IMG/VR virus record: IMGVR_UViG_3300046808_001301
Origin: a virus
DNA: 64,000 nt
Strand: one strand, 5' to 3'
The translations under genes and the position numbers were made by a program. Of this stretch, positions 9,962-19,326 are shown piece by piece (position 1 is the first letter of the stretch; each line of letters starts with the position of its first letter). The notes beneath the pieces were generated by a model. That model was given only the letters and a program-made list of their open reading frames with translations, did not search any database and was not told the origin of the DNA.

Positions 9962-10055
9962 CGATAAAGCTGACTTGTTCGACAAGATTTGTTGGACACT
10001 ATTGTTAATAGGAGTTATATACACAGTAGTATATAGCACATCTAAGCTACTTTAG
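9948..10055 (+). CDS. Small membrane peptide (35 aa), not in the ORF track
   Basis: MNNNDDKADLFDKICWTLLLIGVIYTVVYSTSKLL; single TM helix; fills the gap between genes. Confidence 0.5.
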   Translation: MNNNDDKADLFDKICWTLLLIGVIYTVVYSTSKLL

Positions 10056-10063
10056 TATAAGCG

Positions 10064-10092
10064 TTGACTCTTTCATTATTTTATTGTAATAT
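10064..10092 (+). promoter_or_regulatory. Sigma70-like promoter (leaderless)
   Basis: TTGACT-17-TAATAT, 6 nt before ATG 10099. Confidence 0.7.
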
Positions 10093-10098
10093 GAAATA

Positions 10099-10788
10099 AT
10101 GCTAAGCAATTTGCCGTTAATTTTTTTGGGAGATCATCATGGAAATTGGTCTGATTTATTTTATCTAATTGATAAAAACAACATTTCTAATTGTAATCTA
10201 ATTAGCGTAGGAGATAGTGGCATTGGCTTTGAATACAAGACAAGACAACTTCAGACAATTAACCGTCTGAACAAAGTATTTGAAGAAAAAAATATTTATT
10301 TTAAAGCTATTCGTGGCAACCATGACGATCCAGCTTACTTTAAAGGGGATGATAGAATTGCTTTAAAACACTTCGAGTTAATTGAAGATTATTCTGTTTG
10401 GGAATACAATTCTAAAAGTATTCAATTTATTGGAGGTGCTGTATCAATTGACAGAACGGGCCGAGCGCCCAACGTGTCTTATTGGCTTGATGAAGGAGTA
10501 ATTTTCAATAAAAATGCATGCAAAAAAGTAGATATTTTAGTCACTCACACTGCTCCTTCAGTTTGTTTTCCGCAATCTTTCAACGAAATGGTATATGGTT
10601 GGGCTAGAGAAGATGCATATTTAATTGAAGATCTTAATGATGAGCGTTCTGTCATGAATGAAATACTCAAGCTTTGTGATCCAGAGTACCATTTTTATGG
10701 CCACTTTCATTCATCTTGGAGTGAACAAATAAATGGATGTCGACATCGTTTGCTTGCAATCAACGAATTATACGAATTTAATAATTAA
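10099..10788 (+). CDS. Calcineurin-like metallophosphoesterase
   Basis: GDHHG, VGD, GNHD, THT and GHFH motifs. Confidence 0.92.
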   Translation: MLSNLPLIFLGDHHGNWSDLFYLIDKNNISNCNLISVGDSGIGFEYKTRQLQTINRLNKVFEEKNIYFKAIRGNHDDPAYFKGDDRIALKHFELIEDYSVWEYNSKSIQFIGGAVSIDRTGRAPNVSYWLDEGVIFNKNACKKVDILVTHTAPSVCFPQSFNEMVYGWAREDAYLIEDLNDERSVMNEILKLCDPEYHFYGHFHSSWSEQINGCRHRLLAINELYEFNN

Positions 10789-10795
10789 ACGTTCA

Positions 10796-10876
10796 ATGAA
10801 AACAATTAACAAACAAATTCTAGCTTTTTTTGTTTTATTTTTATTAATTGTAGTTACATGGTATTTGAATCGTTGA
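10796..10876 (+). CDS. Small membrane peptide (26 aa), not in the ORF track
   Basis: MKTINKQILAFFVLFLLIVVTWYLNR; single TM helix. Confidence 0.45.
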   Translation: MKTINKQILAFFVLFLLIVVTWYLNR

Positions 10877-10900
10877 CCTTTTAATATAATTTAAGATAAT
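10873..10900 (+). promoter_or_regulatory. Sigma70-like promoter (leaderless)
   Basis: TTGACC-16-GATAAT, 6 nt before ATG 10907. Confidence 0.65.
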
Positions 10901-10906
10901 ACAAAT

Positions 10907-11488
10907 ATGACTGATGAACTCGAAATGACGCTCGTAGCTAAGTATCCAAAGCTTTTTAAGAACTATAAAGGCGACCCGATGGCTACCTGCATGGCTTGGG
11001 GAATGGAATGTTGTGATGGTTGGTACAAAATTCTAGATCATCTCTTTGGATATCTTACAGACACAATGGAACGAAAGTTTGCTATAGAGTATACGCAAGA
11101 ATATCAAGACAAGCACAAAAACAACAAGGATTTCTACACAAACTTTTGTTCTCACAAAATTCTTCCACCACAAATTGTTCTCGATCAAGTAAAAGAAAAA
11201 TACGGAACTCTTCGCGTTTATTATTCATTGAATACTGAAGAGATTCCCGAAGAACTTTGGGCCATTTTAGATCACCAAGACTACAATAAAAAGATAGAAA
11301 GGTACTATAATGTTATTGATAACGCAATTGATTATGCAGAGTATCAATCAGGAGTTACATGCGAAGTAACAGGAAAAGACGGCAAGCTTTATACAAAAGG
11401 ATGGCACAAAGTGCTCTGCGATGAAGAAGCAATTGCAACAGGTAGAGATCCAAAAGACGGAGAAAAAATAAAATACATAAATGTATAA
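10907..11488 (+). CDS. Conserved phage hypothetical protein (GW...QVKEKYGTLR...CEVTG family)
   Basis: Recognisable motif set of a widespread phage family of unknown function. Confidence 0.8.
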   Translation: MTDELEMTLVAKYPKLFKNYKGDPMATCMAWGMECCDGWYKILDHLFGYLTDTMERKFAIEYTQEYQDKHKNNKDFYTNFCSHKILPPQIVLDQVKEKYGTLRVYYSLNTEEIPEELWAILDHQDYNKKIERYYNVIDNAIDYAEYQSGVTCEVTGKDGKLYTKGWHKVLCDEEAIATGRDPKDGEKIKYINV

Positions 11489-11915
11489 AACTTTATTTAA
11501 ACAAAACAAAAACGTTTTAATAGGCTTAGTCACAGCCATGGTGCTGTTTGGAAGCCTGGCTGCTTTTAGATACTTTATTGAAAAGCAATCAACACATTCT
11601 TCTCTTGATATGAATATGTTGAATCAGTTGGTGGAAGAAGAAATCAACGGATCTCCAACAATGTATCATTTTGTTTTTATAGGAGGATGTGAGCACCAAT
11701 TGTATGTTAACGGTATAGAGGCAGAACAACTGACAGATTCTCAGCGTCGCGACGTGCTAAATTACTTGACAAGTAAAATAAACAGCAACTTTACGAAAGG
11801 AAACATAGACCTACACGACGTAGTTTCGTTTTTTCCATACAGTTCGTATGAAGCAGATGACAAAAAACCAACAGATTGTGGAAAAATTTGGTACAAGACA
11901 ACTTGGGACCTTTAG
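11481..11915 (+). CDS. Membrane-anchored hypothetical protein
   Basis: N-terminal TM helix VLIGLVTAMVLFGSLAAF. Confidence 0.7.
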   Translation: MYKTLFKQNKNVLIGLVTAMVLFGSLAAFRYFIEKQSTHSSLDMNMLNQLVEEEINGSPTMYHFVFIGGCEHQLYVNGIEAEQLTDSQRRDVLNYLTSKINSNFTKGNIDLHDVVSFFPYSSYEADDKKPTDCGKIWYKTTWDL

Positions 11916-12166
11916 CGTTCTAAAGCTCGAATCCTAGCTTCATGGTCAGTTAGCATGTGATCATGTCTTTTATCGGTCTCTGCTCCACTTTCCATTCTAA
12001 TCAATATCTGTTCAATCTTTTCAACTCTCGAAAAGATTTTTTCCGCATGAGCCTGAAACTCATTTTTTCCCACAAACTGCGTTTGCATATAAGCCATAAA
12101 CAATACAGCAAATGGCGTTATATACTTCCAGTAATTCTCAATAAACTTGATTAATTCTCTATTCAT
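11912..12166 (-). CDS. Small TM plus coiled-coil protein (holin-like), paralog 1
   Basis: One hydrophobic helix followed by a coiled coil ending HEARIRALER. Confidence 0.6.
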   Translation of the reverse strand: MNRELIKFIENYWKYITPFAVLFMAYMQTQFVGKNEFQAHAEKIFSRVEKIEQILIRMESGAETDKRHDHMLTDHEARIRALER

Positions 12167-12387
12167 TTTGAGTGAGATTGGGTTGAAATTTTTGGTTCTT
12201 GTTTAGCATCAACAAGCTTGTGAATCAACTCTTCGACTTTATCCAATCTTTGAAATAATTCGGTTTTAATAGCATTATATTCATCTTGATGAACATAATC
12301 TTTGTGCGTTGAAATAATAAAAACTATTACAGCCACTGGTATAATAGCATTAAAAAAAGTAAATATACGATCGAACACACTTTTCAT
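12163..12387 (-). CDS. Small TM plus coiled-coil protein (holin-like), paralog 2
   Basis: Same architecture as its neighbour; 4-nt overlap; upstream TAAGTA. Confidence 0.6.
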   Translation of the reverse strand: MKSVFDRIFTFFNAIIPVAVIVFIISTHKDYVHQDEYNAIKTELFQRLDKVEELIHKLVDAKQEPKISTQSHSK

Positions 12388-12414
12388 TTCACATATTACT
12401 TATTAAATTTTCGT

Positions 12415-12442
12415 TTGACTTTTGTTTGTTGTTCTGTATATT
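12415..12442 (+). promoter_or_regulatory. Sigma70-like promoter
   Basis: TTGACT-16-TATATT, 12 nt before ATG 12455. Confidence 0.65.
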
Positions 12443-12454
12443 TGTGTCCACTAA

Positions 12455-12832
12455 ATGAACAAAAGCATCAACATTGAAACAGCAATCTCACTTGTCAACA
12501 AACGAGGAACAACATTTGAAACGATGTGTAGCTTCATTTACGAAGACGTGAAACAATTTCAACAAACTCGAGAAGAGTACTACTTAAAAGAACTAAAAGA
12601 CAATTTCGAGGGACCTATTGATCCAAAACAAATCGAAAAGCTAGCTAACGATCAAACCGACATTATAGCAAAAAAAATTCAAAAAGATCTTGCAAAGTTT
12701 TGCGTTAATTACGCTGAACAATCAATCGACGATGTCCTTGATGCAATGAACGCCAAGAGATTTAAATATAAAACCGGCTCAAGGAATTTGCTAGTAATAT
12801 TAAGCTCGATGAAAGAGCTTCACGAAAGTTAA
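12455..12832 (+). CDS. Hypothetical protein (125 aa)
   Basis: Clean ORF with its own promoter. Confidence 0.75.
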   Translation: MNKSINIETAISLVNKRGTTFETMCSFIYEDVKQFQQTREEYYLKELKDNFEGPIDPKQIEKLANDQTDIIAKKIQKDLAKFCVNYAEQSIDDVLDAMNAKRFKYKTGSRNLLVILSSMKELHES

Positions 12833-12834
12833 AA

Positions 12835-13281
12835 TTATCTTAAGGATCTAGCGACTCCAGCAAGATTGTCCATTGCTATTGCGAGCTTCTGTTGCTGCCA
12901 TGGTTCTAAGTGTCCTCCGCTAGCGCAACATTTAGCAATTTTCATAATACTTTCTCTAATAGAATTTAAATTATCAATCGACATACTGTCTTCTTCGCTC
13001 TCATCTTCAACATCGAGACGGTCATCTCCCATTCCTGAGCTCATGTCGCTCATATCATCAGATGGCATGCCCGAATCCAGTCCCATTTCGTCTCCAAGTC
13101 CAGAAGCTTCTGGTCCAGTCATTAGCGTATCGGTACCAGGAGCAGGTTCGTCCATAGGTCCGGAACCAACTACTTCATTAGGTTCAGTTGAAATTGTTTC
13201 TTCATCGGAAGGAACAGAAGGCATCTTTTGAGAGATTGAAAGATACGCTTTTTCGAGTAAAACAGAATCGTTGTGGGACAT
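12835..13281 (-). CDS. Acidic hypothetical protein, possible internal head protein
   Basis: Low-complexity acidic middle; C-terminal LEPWQQQKLAIAMDNL helix of a type seen in T4-like hypotheticals. Confidence 0.7.
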   Translation of the reverse strand: MSHNDSVLLEKAYLSISQKMPSVPSDEETISTEPNEVVGSGPMDEPAPGTDTLMTGPEASGLGDEMGLDSGMPSDDMSDMSSGMGDDRLDVEDESEEDSMSIDNLNSIRESIMKIAKCCASGGHLEPWQQQKLAIAMDNLAGVARSLR

Positions 13282-13321
13282 ATTATTTATTTATCAATTA
13301 AGGTTGAATTTAATAGCTTGT

Positions 13322-14731
13322 CTACCAAACAGACACTCTATCGTTAGAAGCAGCTCTTAAGCTACAAGAGTGGCCTGGAGGTAATTGTATGAACGCTGTC
13401 GATAAAGATCTAGTATTGCTTCTCCATGCTGAACCGTTTCTTACAAAAACAGTTGGAGAACTTGTTATAGTTATCATGTTTGTACTCGCATTAGTTAGCG
13501 TGTAGCTTAATCCTCTAACTCCTCCAATAAACGAGCTAATCACCACATCAGAAGAAGTAGCTAGTTCTAAATCAGACCTAACTAACACTTCTCCGTTAAC
13601 TGGGTTTATAGTTACGTTTACCAGCTGAGTCGTAGCGCTGGCTGTAATCGTAGCAGTATTCCATCCTTGTATGGCTGTTATAACCTCAACGTTTAAGACA
13701 GGAGTATATATATGCTTAGCGGACAAAGAGCTAATTGTTAAAGAGCCAGCACTTAAAGCAGAAATTTTTGCTGAAATTGCGCTTAATGAAGAAACTCCAA
13801 TGTTAGAAGCACTTAATAGAGTAGCGCTCAGTAAAGGAGCGACGACTCTGTTTGATGCAACTATGGATCCAGCGTTTATATTGGATACTGATACAGAGTT
13901 TCCATACAAATTTCCTGTCGCTGACAAATTACCTAATACAGTCAATGCTTCAGGCGGGGCTAAAATTGGACCTATAGCAACGTTACCGTTTGAAGCAACC
14001 ACAATAGATTGATAAGCTTGAGTTTCTATTGTAAAAGCAGGACCTGTTGGAGATATGTGCTTATTTTTTAATAAAACGGAATGGTTTGAGTTTGTATACT
14101 GAATTAAACAACCATCGCTTTCAGATACAGGACCAGCTAAATTTAAGATAGTTCTACCTAACTCATATGTATTTTGGATACGAAACTCAACTTCAGGAGT
14201 GCTTCCTTCTCTTTTTAAATGAAGGTCAGCATAGGGAGTATATGTGCCCAGTCCTACCTTGCCATTGTCATCAAATATAATATCCTCGCCATTAGAGTCA
14301 ATGAAGTGAGCAATAGGTTGGAATCCAGACTGTTCAACTCTTAAGGCAGGACCTGACCCTGAGTTTGTAATGTCTACCGCTGACGTGATGTGAACAACCG
14401 TATCAATTTGAGAGGTTTCTCCTTGAACAAAAAGATTGCCATTGATTGTCAAATTGTTTTCAACAATTAAGTCGTTAGAAACGCTTAAATTGTGATCTAC
14501 AAATGCGTCATGTCCAACACTTAAGTCCTGTCCAACGATTGCGTGCTGAGTAGCAGAAACTGATTTTGTAGTTATAATATCACCATGAGTATAAAATTCT
14601 CCTTTAAAAGGAGATTCAAATGAAGCAATTGGATCATACCCTGCATCAGGATATTTTGGATTACGAGCTTGTTCCGGACGCAGAGAATGGTGATCAAATC
14701 TATGATTTTTTTGGTGAAGCCTATTGCTCAT
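13322..14731 (-). CDS. Tail fibre-like structural protein
   Basis: GKVGLGTYTP and GNVAIG repeats, LTINGNLFVQG beta repeats, Ser/Ala-rich LSA repeats. Confidence 0.75.
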   Translation of the reverse strand: MSNRLHQKNHRFDHHSLRPEQARNPKYPDAGYDPIASFESPFKGEFYTHGDIITTKSVSATQHAIVGQDLSVGHDAFVDHNLSVSNDLIVENNLTINGNLFVQGETSQIDTVVHITSAVDITNSGSGPALRVEQSGFQPIAHFIDSNGEDIIFDDNGKVGLGTYTPYADLHLKREGSTPEVEFRIQNTYELGRTILNLAGPVSESDGCLIQYTNSNHSVLLKNKHISPTGPAFTIETQAYQSIVVASNGNVAIGPILAPPEALTVLGNLSATGNLYGNSVSVSNINAGSIVASNRVVAPLLSATLLSASNIGVSSLSAISAKISALSAGSLTISSLSAKHIYTPVLNVEVITAIQGWNTATITASATTQLVNVTINPVNGEVLVRSDLELATSSDVVISSFIGGVRGLSYTLTNASTNMITITSSPTVFVRNGSAWRSNTRSLSTAFIQLPPGHSCSLRAASNDRVSVW

Positions 14732-14744
14732 TTGATATTATTAT

Positions 14745-14921
14745 TTAATCAAACAGAGTTTTGAAAACCCGTAAGTCAATGTCTTCCAATTGAGCAATTA
14801 ATAATTCCAAAGCTACTTCACATTCTTCTGTTGTGGAAAAGCTATTAGCAAACACATCTAAAATGTTATGCTCTATTAAATCTTCAACAATTGCTTCTAT
14901 TTCGTGACGTTTTGAATACAT
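14745..14921 (-). CDS. Small acidic protein (58 aa), not in the ORF track
   Basis: MYSKRHEIEAIVEDLIEHNILDVFANSFSTTEECEVALELLIAQLEDIDLRVFKTLFD fills the gap. Confidence 0.6.
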   Translation of the reverse strand: MYSKRHEIEAIVEDLIEHNILDVFANSFSTTEECEVALELLIAQLEDIDLRVFKTLFD

Positions 14922-14981
14922 AAGTTTTGTGTAATTATCTTATTTGCGATATAAATAACCTTGTGAAAGGAATTTTTATTT

Positions 14982-16574
14982 ATGGCAGTTAAACCAACAG
15001 AAGTAGGAGGAACTTTCAACGCAGCAGCAGCCAAAGCAAAACAGCAACAATTAGTGTCCGCTCGAGGACAAGAGGTAGCTAAAGCAGCTGCGGCTCCTAA
15101 GTCCCAATCCGTAGGAACGTCGTACACGAATAGCGCTTTAACTCAAGAAAAAGTGCTAGTTATGACCGCTAAAAATAAAGCAATTGGAGATTACTTAGGG
15201 GCGACCTTACTCGGAACTGCTCAAACAACACCAAATTCTTTTCAAGGCCCGGGAGCATCAAATGCTCAAACAAAGCCCATTGACCGTTATACTAAAAATG
15301 TTCTTCAAACAATTTTTTCTCCAGAAGTTGCTGCTACACAACAATCAAGTGCAGCAACAGATTCTAAAATTGAAGCAATTTCCAAATCAGCTCCTGCTCA
15401 AGCTTCAGGCTCCCCAAAAGAAGACGTTCATGATAAGGCTGGACTAAAAGAAGATTTAAATAAACTACTTCAGCCTGTTTCTTCGTTTACAGGATCTACC
15501 TTAGGAGCTCTCCCAAATTTAGCCTCAACGCCTTTAGGATCAACGGCTCCTCTTGGAGGAGGCAACATGGCCAATGTTATAGACAAAGTAAATCCTAATT
15601 TAACAAACCAACTTGATGCTTTTGTAAAACAACACAAATCATCCGAACTGGCTCAGTTGCCAGCATCGATGATGGGAAGTGTGCAAAAACTAGCAACAGC
15701 TGCATCTGCTGGATTGGCTGTACCAACAAATTTAGCTCAAGATTTGTACGGCGGCATCATGAAAATTCAGGATCAAATTTCGAAACTGACAGACAAAGCT
15801 CAAGCTCTAGTACAACAAGTATTTTTAGGAGCACAAGGAGTAATTGATCAAGTTATTCCTCCAGCTATAATGAAACAAGTTACTTCAGCAGTTGGTGGAC
15901 TAAATTTGTCAATGGGACAGCTAACTCAATTAGCTGGAGGGTTTGGAGTAACAGCTAATCTTACATCTCAATTGACAAACTTTACTTCGCAAGCTCAATC
16001 AGCGTTAAGTGATCCTATGAGTTTAGCCAATTCATATCTTCCTCAAATGGGCGGACTAACATCTTCGTTAAACTCTTTGCAATCAGGAAGCATTTCCGGA
16101 GTAGCTCAACAAGCCATGAGCAAATTTGGAGGAAATCTAAAAGGAGTATCTTCTATAACTCAAACCCTTGGTAATATAGGAGGACCGACAAATAAATTAG
16201 GTGACGCTTTATCAATTCTTCGGGATGGTTCTCAAATGGTGTCAAAATTAGTACCTCCTCAGTTGTTGTCTCAAATGGGAAAAATATCTCAAATGCCTGG
16301 GCTAGGATCGGTTGGAAATTTGGGTTATGGATTAGGTCCAGTTCTCGAAAGCATAAAGCCTGCAGCAATTTCTCAAACGCTTTCTCAATTTTCAGCTCAA
16401 GCTGCAATACTCGGTCCGCTATTAAACATTCAAAATGCTCCTCCTCTTTATCCAACAGACGCTCCTAGAGAAGTCGCAATAAAAACAGCAGCAGTTAATC
16501 CAGGCATTCCAACTGCTCACGGAGTGCCTTTGCAAACAACTCCAAGGCTGGCAATTTTTGAGCAAATGTCGTAA
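14982..16574 (+). CDS. Ala/Gly/Gln/Ser-rich helical protein, probable baseplate- or ejection-associated
   Basis: Low-complexity amphipathic sequence immediately upstream of the gp5-like gene. Confidence 0.6.
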   Translation: MAVKPTEVGGTFNAAAAKAKQQQLVSARGQEVAKAAAAPKSQSVGTSYTNSALTQEKVLVMTAKNKAIGDYLGATLLGTAQTTPNSFQGPGASNAQTKPIDRYTKNVLQTIFSPEVAATQQSSAATDSKIEAISKSAPAQASGSPKEDVHDKAGLKEDLNKLLQPVSSFTGSTLGALPNLASTPLGSTAPLGGGNMANVIDKVNPNLTNQLDAFVKQHKSSELAQLPASMMGSVQKLATAASAGLAVPTNLAQDLYGGIMKIQDQISKLTDKAQALVQQVFLGAQGVIDQVIPPAIMKQVTSAVGGLNLSMGQLTQLAGGFGVTANLTSQLTNFTSQAQSALSDPMSLANSYLPQMGGLTSSLNSLQSGSISGVAQQAMSKFGGNLKGVSSITQTLGNIGGPTNKLGDALSILRDGSQMVSKLVPPQLLSQMGKISQMPGLGSVGNLGYGLGPVLESIKPAAISQTLSQFSAQAAILGPLLNIQNAPPLYPTDAPREVAIKTAAVNPGIPTAHGVPLQTTPRLAIFEQMS

Positions 16575-16587
16575 TTAATAGTTAAAA

Positions 16588-19272
16588 ATGAAAACATACA
16601 ATTCAATGTATTTGGGCATGTGCATCAACAACAATGACCCAGAAAGAAGAGGAAGAGTTCAAATATTTATTCCCGAAATCATGCCTGCATTGTATGAAAA
16701 CTGGAATGCTGATGGAGAAGATATCGAAATTACGTGTGTTGGCGACAACATGCCTCAAGGGCTAAAGACGGAAGTTGTAGATCGTCTTAGAAAAATATTA
16801 CCTTGGGCAGAGGCAGCGTCTCCTATTGTTGGAACCTCTGCTCCAGGAAACGTCGTTTCAAGAGTAATTGAAGCTGTTTCTTCAGCAGTTTCTTCAGGGG
16901 TAGACGCTGTAGCAGGAGCAGTATCTTCTGCTTCTCAACAAGTTGGAAATTTTTTAGATCAATCTCCTTCTGGAGAGCCTCCGTGCATTGGTGACCTAAA
17001 CGCTCTCCTTGACGAAGCAGCAAAATATGCTGGAAATGATGAGTTCGGAAGAGCAGCAGCAGCTTCATACAAAGGAAACCGAGGAGGTAAGCGCTGCGGC
17101 CGCGGAACACACGGAGTGCTAGGAGCCATGACTGGAGGAAAAATTCCAGGAGGAGCTCTCGGAGGTAATGCAGATTCTTTTGCAGCAAACGGAAGCAAAG
17201 ATTTTACTAAATCTGGTTTATATAACCCAAAAACAGTTCCTCCAGCAAATTATTTAAACGATCCTTCTCAATGGAAAGTTGGAGACGTAATTGCTAATGA
17301 TGGAGGAAGTGCTGGACACGGACATATTCAAGTATGGACCGGTAAAGCGTGGGTAAGTGATTTTACTCAAAATAGAGTTCTTCAAAATTCTAACTACCAT
17401 AGCTTTGCTTTGCATAGACCAAATGCAGCTGGAGAGGCCGTTATTAACCAAAATATGGCAGGAATGCAGGGCAATTCCTCTTCTGTGTGCGAAAGACCGA
17501 GCATAAGCGGAGATTCTCCAAGTGCTCCTGCTCAAGCCAACTCTACTCCCCCAACCATGCAGAGCCCTCCAGCAACCGAAGCTACTGCTGCTGCTCCTGC
17601 TGCTCCTGCTGCAGCAGCGTCTACTCCAGGTACAGCAGCTGCCGCTGCTAGCGCTCCAGCACCAAGCGATCCCACCACTTACGGAAATGCAGCTAATCAA
17701 AAAATTGATCCTCCTCCAATCGTAACAGCCTCTCCTCCTCAAGCTTCAGGAGATGCTGGAGGTTATACTAACAATGAAATTTTATTTGCTATGAGAATTG
17801 CTGCAACGGAATCCGGAGCAGGAGTTAGCAATAGAAGCTACGTAATTAAAGAAATTTGTGAACCAAACAGAGCGGTAGGTTATTCTTATGGGGCAGAAAG
17901 AAACGCCGTAGCGGTCGGAGCTCAACGAATTGCTTCAGGCAATGTTGACTGGAATAAAGTTGATTTGGGTTTTTGCCAATCAAATGCATACAACAACAAG
18001 CAAGTTGGCAGAGAAATTAACTCAGGAAGCTATACGAATCAAATCACAGGTACTGCAGAACTAATAAGAAAGCTTTGCGGAAAGAGTAAGTATGGAGCGG
18101 AAGTGCAACAATCAATTGCAAGCGGCGACTTTAGAGCAGCTGATCAAATTTTAGGAGCCGTAGGAAAAGGAAAACCAAGTATAGGCACAAAATATTTCGG
18201 ATTAACAAAAGGAGCAGCTGCAGCAGCTTCTATGACAAAAAGAGTTAATGCTGAGTTTGGAGGAGATGCCAAAGCAGCAATGGCGGCAATTAACGAACAA
18301 TTGCCAGCAACTCCAACTATTGCTGACATATCAGCAGGCAAAGCAAATGTTAGCTTAGACGGACTACCTGCTGAAAGCAAAGGAAATTATGCTGCTGATT
18401 CAGCTAATGGAAGTGCTCAAGGCCAACAGCAAACAAGCTTGTCCCAAAACACAGACAGTCACGGGCCAATGGCAACTCAAAATTTGAATGGAGTAGCAAA
18501 AGGAATGTTCTCCTTTCCTGCTGCTGGAGCGATGTTGTGGTGCTTTTTTAGAGAAGGAAATCCTTTGTTTCCTGTATATTTTGCAGCAAGTTACTCTCAA
18601 GCTGAGTGGTCAAGTGTATACAGCACAGGATCTCCTGGACCTGGTTATAATCCTTCTCCTGCTCCAGGGGAAGCTCAATCAACTGGAGGAATGATGAATC
18701 TAAACGGAGTTGGAGGCATCCGTTGGGAGGATACACACAACCCAGAAAAAAGAGAACAAGACCAAAAAAGTATTATGTTTTTTGGAGAAGATGGATCTAA
18801 CATATTCATGGGCAAAGGATATAATCAATATTATACTCGTTTTGACAGAAGAGATCAAGTCGAAGGAGACAGATGGGTAACAACTCTTGGAACTCACGAG
18901 CAGTGGACTCAAGGAGATAATAATAACGTTACGATGGGAGACGTGTATATTAAAATAGGCAACGTTTCTTCATCTGCTGCAGAAGCTGTAGATAAAATTC
19001 ACAAAATAATACAAGAAATACAAAAGCCATTACAAGAGTCCAGTGGCGGCGGTGGAGGTGGTGGAGGAGGAGGTTCTGCTGGATCTTCTGGCTCAATTAA
19101 ACAAGATGCAACTCTTCCTCCAAAATTACAAGAACAAATTGACAAACAAAGCATATTAAATAAACTTGCTCCAGATCCAGGCAAATTCAAATACAATCCT
19201 AATGCTTCTCCGGCTCCAGTAGCTCCTGTACAGACATTTAGTCGAGCTTCTTTTATTACGCAACAAAAATAA
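16588..19272 (+). CDS. gp5: Baseplate hub / tail-spike protein (gp5-like) with inserted CHAP-like amidase and SLT-like domains
   Basis: OB-fold motifs NNDPERRGRVQI...LPWA and GMFSFP...LWCFFREGNPLFPVY; CHAP-like C...GHGHIQVWTGKAWVSDFTQ; SLT-like IAATES...DLGFCQSN; C-terminal beta-helix-like repeats. Confidence 0.85.
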   Translation: MKTYNSMYLGMCINNNDPERRGRVQIFIPEIMPALYENWNADGEDIEITCVGDNMPQGLKTEVVDRLRKILPWAEAASPIVGTSAPGNVVSRVIEAVSSAVSSGVDAVAGAVSSASQQVGNFLDQSPSGEPPCIGDLNALLDEAAKYAGNDEFGRAAAASYKGNRGGKRCGRGTHGVLGAMTGGKIPGGALGGNADSFAANGSKDFTKSGLYNPKTVPPANYLNDPSQWKVGDVIANDGGSAGHGHIQVWTGKAWVSDFTQNRVLQNSNYHSFALHRPNAAGEAVINQNMAGMQGNSSSVCERPSISGDSPSAPAQANSTPPTMQSPPATEATAAAPAAPAAAASTPGTAAAAASAPAPSDPTTYGNAANQKIDPPPIVTASPPQASGDAGGYTNNEILFAMRIAATESGAGVSNRSYVIKEICEPNRAVGYSYGAERNAVAVGAQRIASGNVDWNKVDLGFCQSNAYNNKQVGREINSGSYTNQITGTAELIRKLCGKSKYGAEVQQSIASGDFRAADQILGAVGKGKPSIGTKYFGLTKGAAAAASMTKRVNAEFGGDAKAAMAAINEQLPATPTIADISAGKANVSLDGLPAESKGNYAADSANGSAQGQQQTSLSQNTDSHGPMATQNLNGVAKGMFSFPAAGAMLWCFFREGNPLFPVYFAASYSQAEWSSVYSTGSPGPGYNPSPAPGEAQSTGGMMNLNGVGGIRWEDTHNPEKREQDQKSIMFFGEDGSNIFMGKGYNQYYTRFDRRDQVEGDRWVTTLGTHEQWTQGDNNNVTMGDVYIKIGNVSSSAAEAVDKIHKIIQEIQKPLQESSGGGGGGGGGGSAGSSGSIKQDATLPPKLQEQIDKQSILNKLAPDPGKFKYNPNASPAPVAPVQTFSRASFITQQK

Positions 19273-19326
19273 AAGTTTTATAATTACAATTGTAATTTTA
19301 ACTCAGTTATAGTAATTACTACAAGC

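Noticed and set aside
14982-16574. Tape measure protein
   Set aside because: The composition is compatible, but it is short for a large myovirus and shows no diagnostic periodicity, so it is left unassigned.
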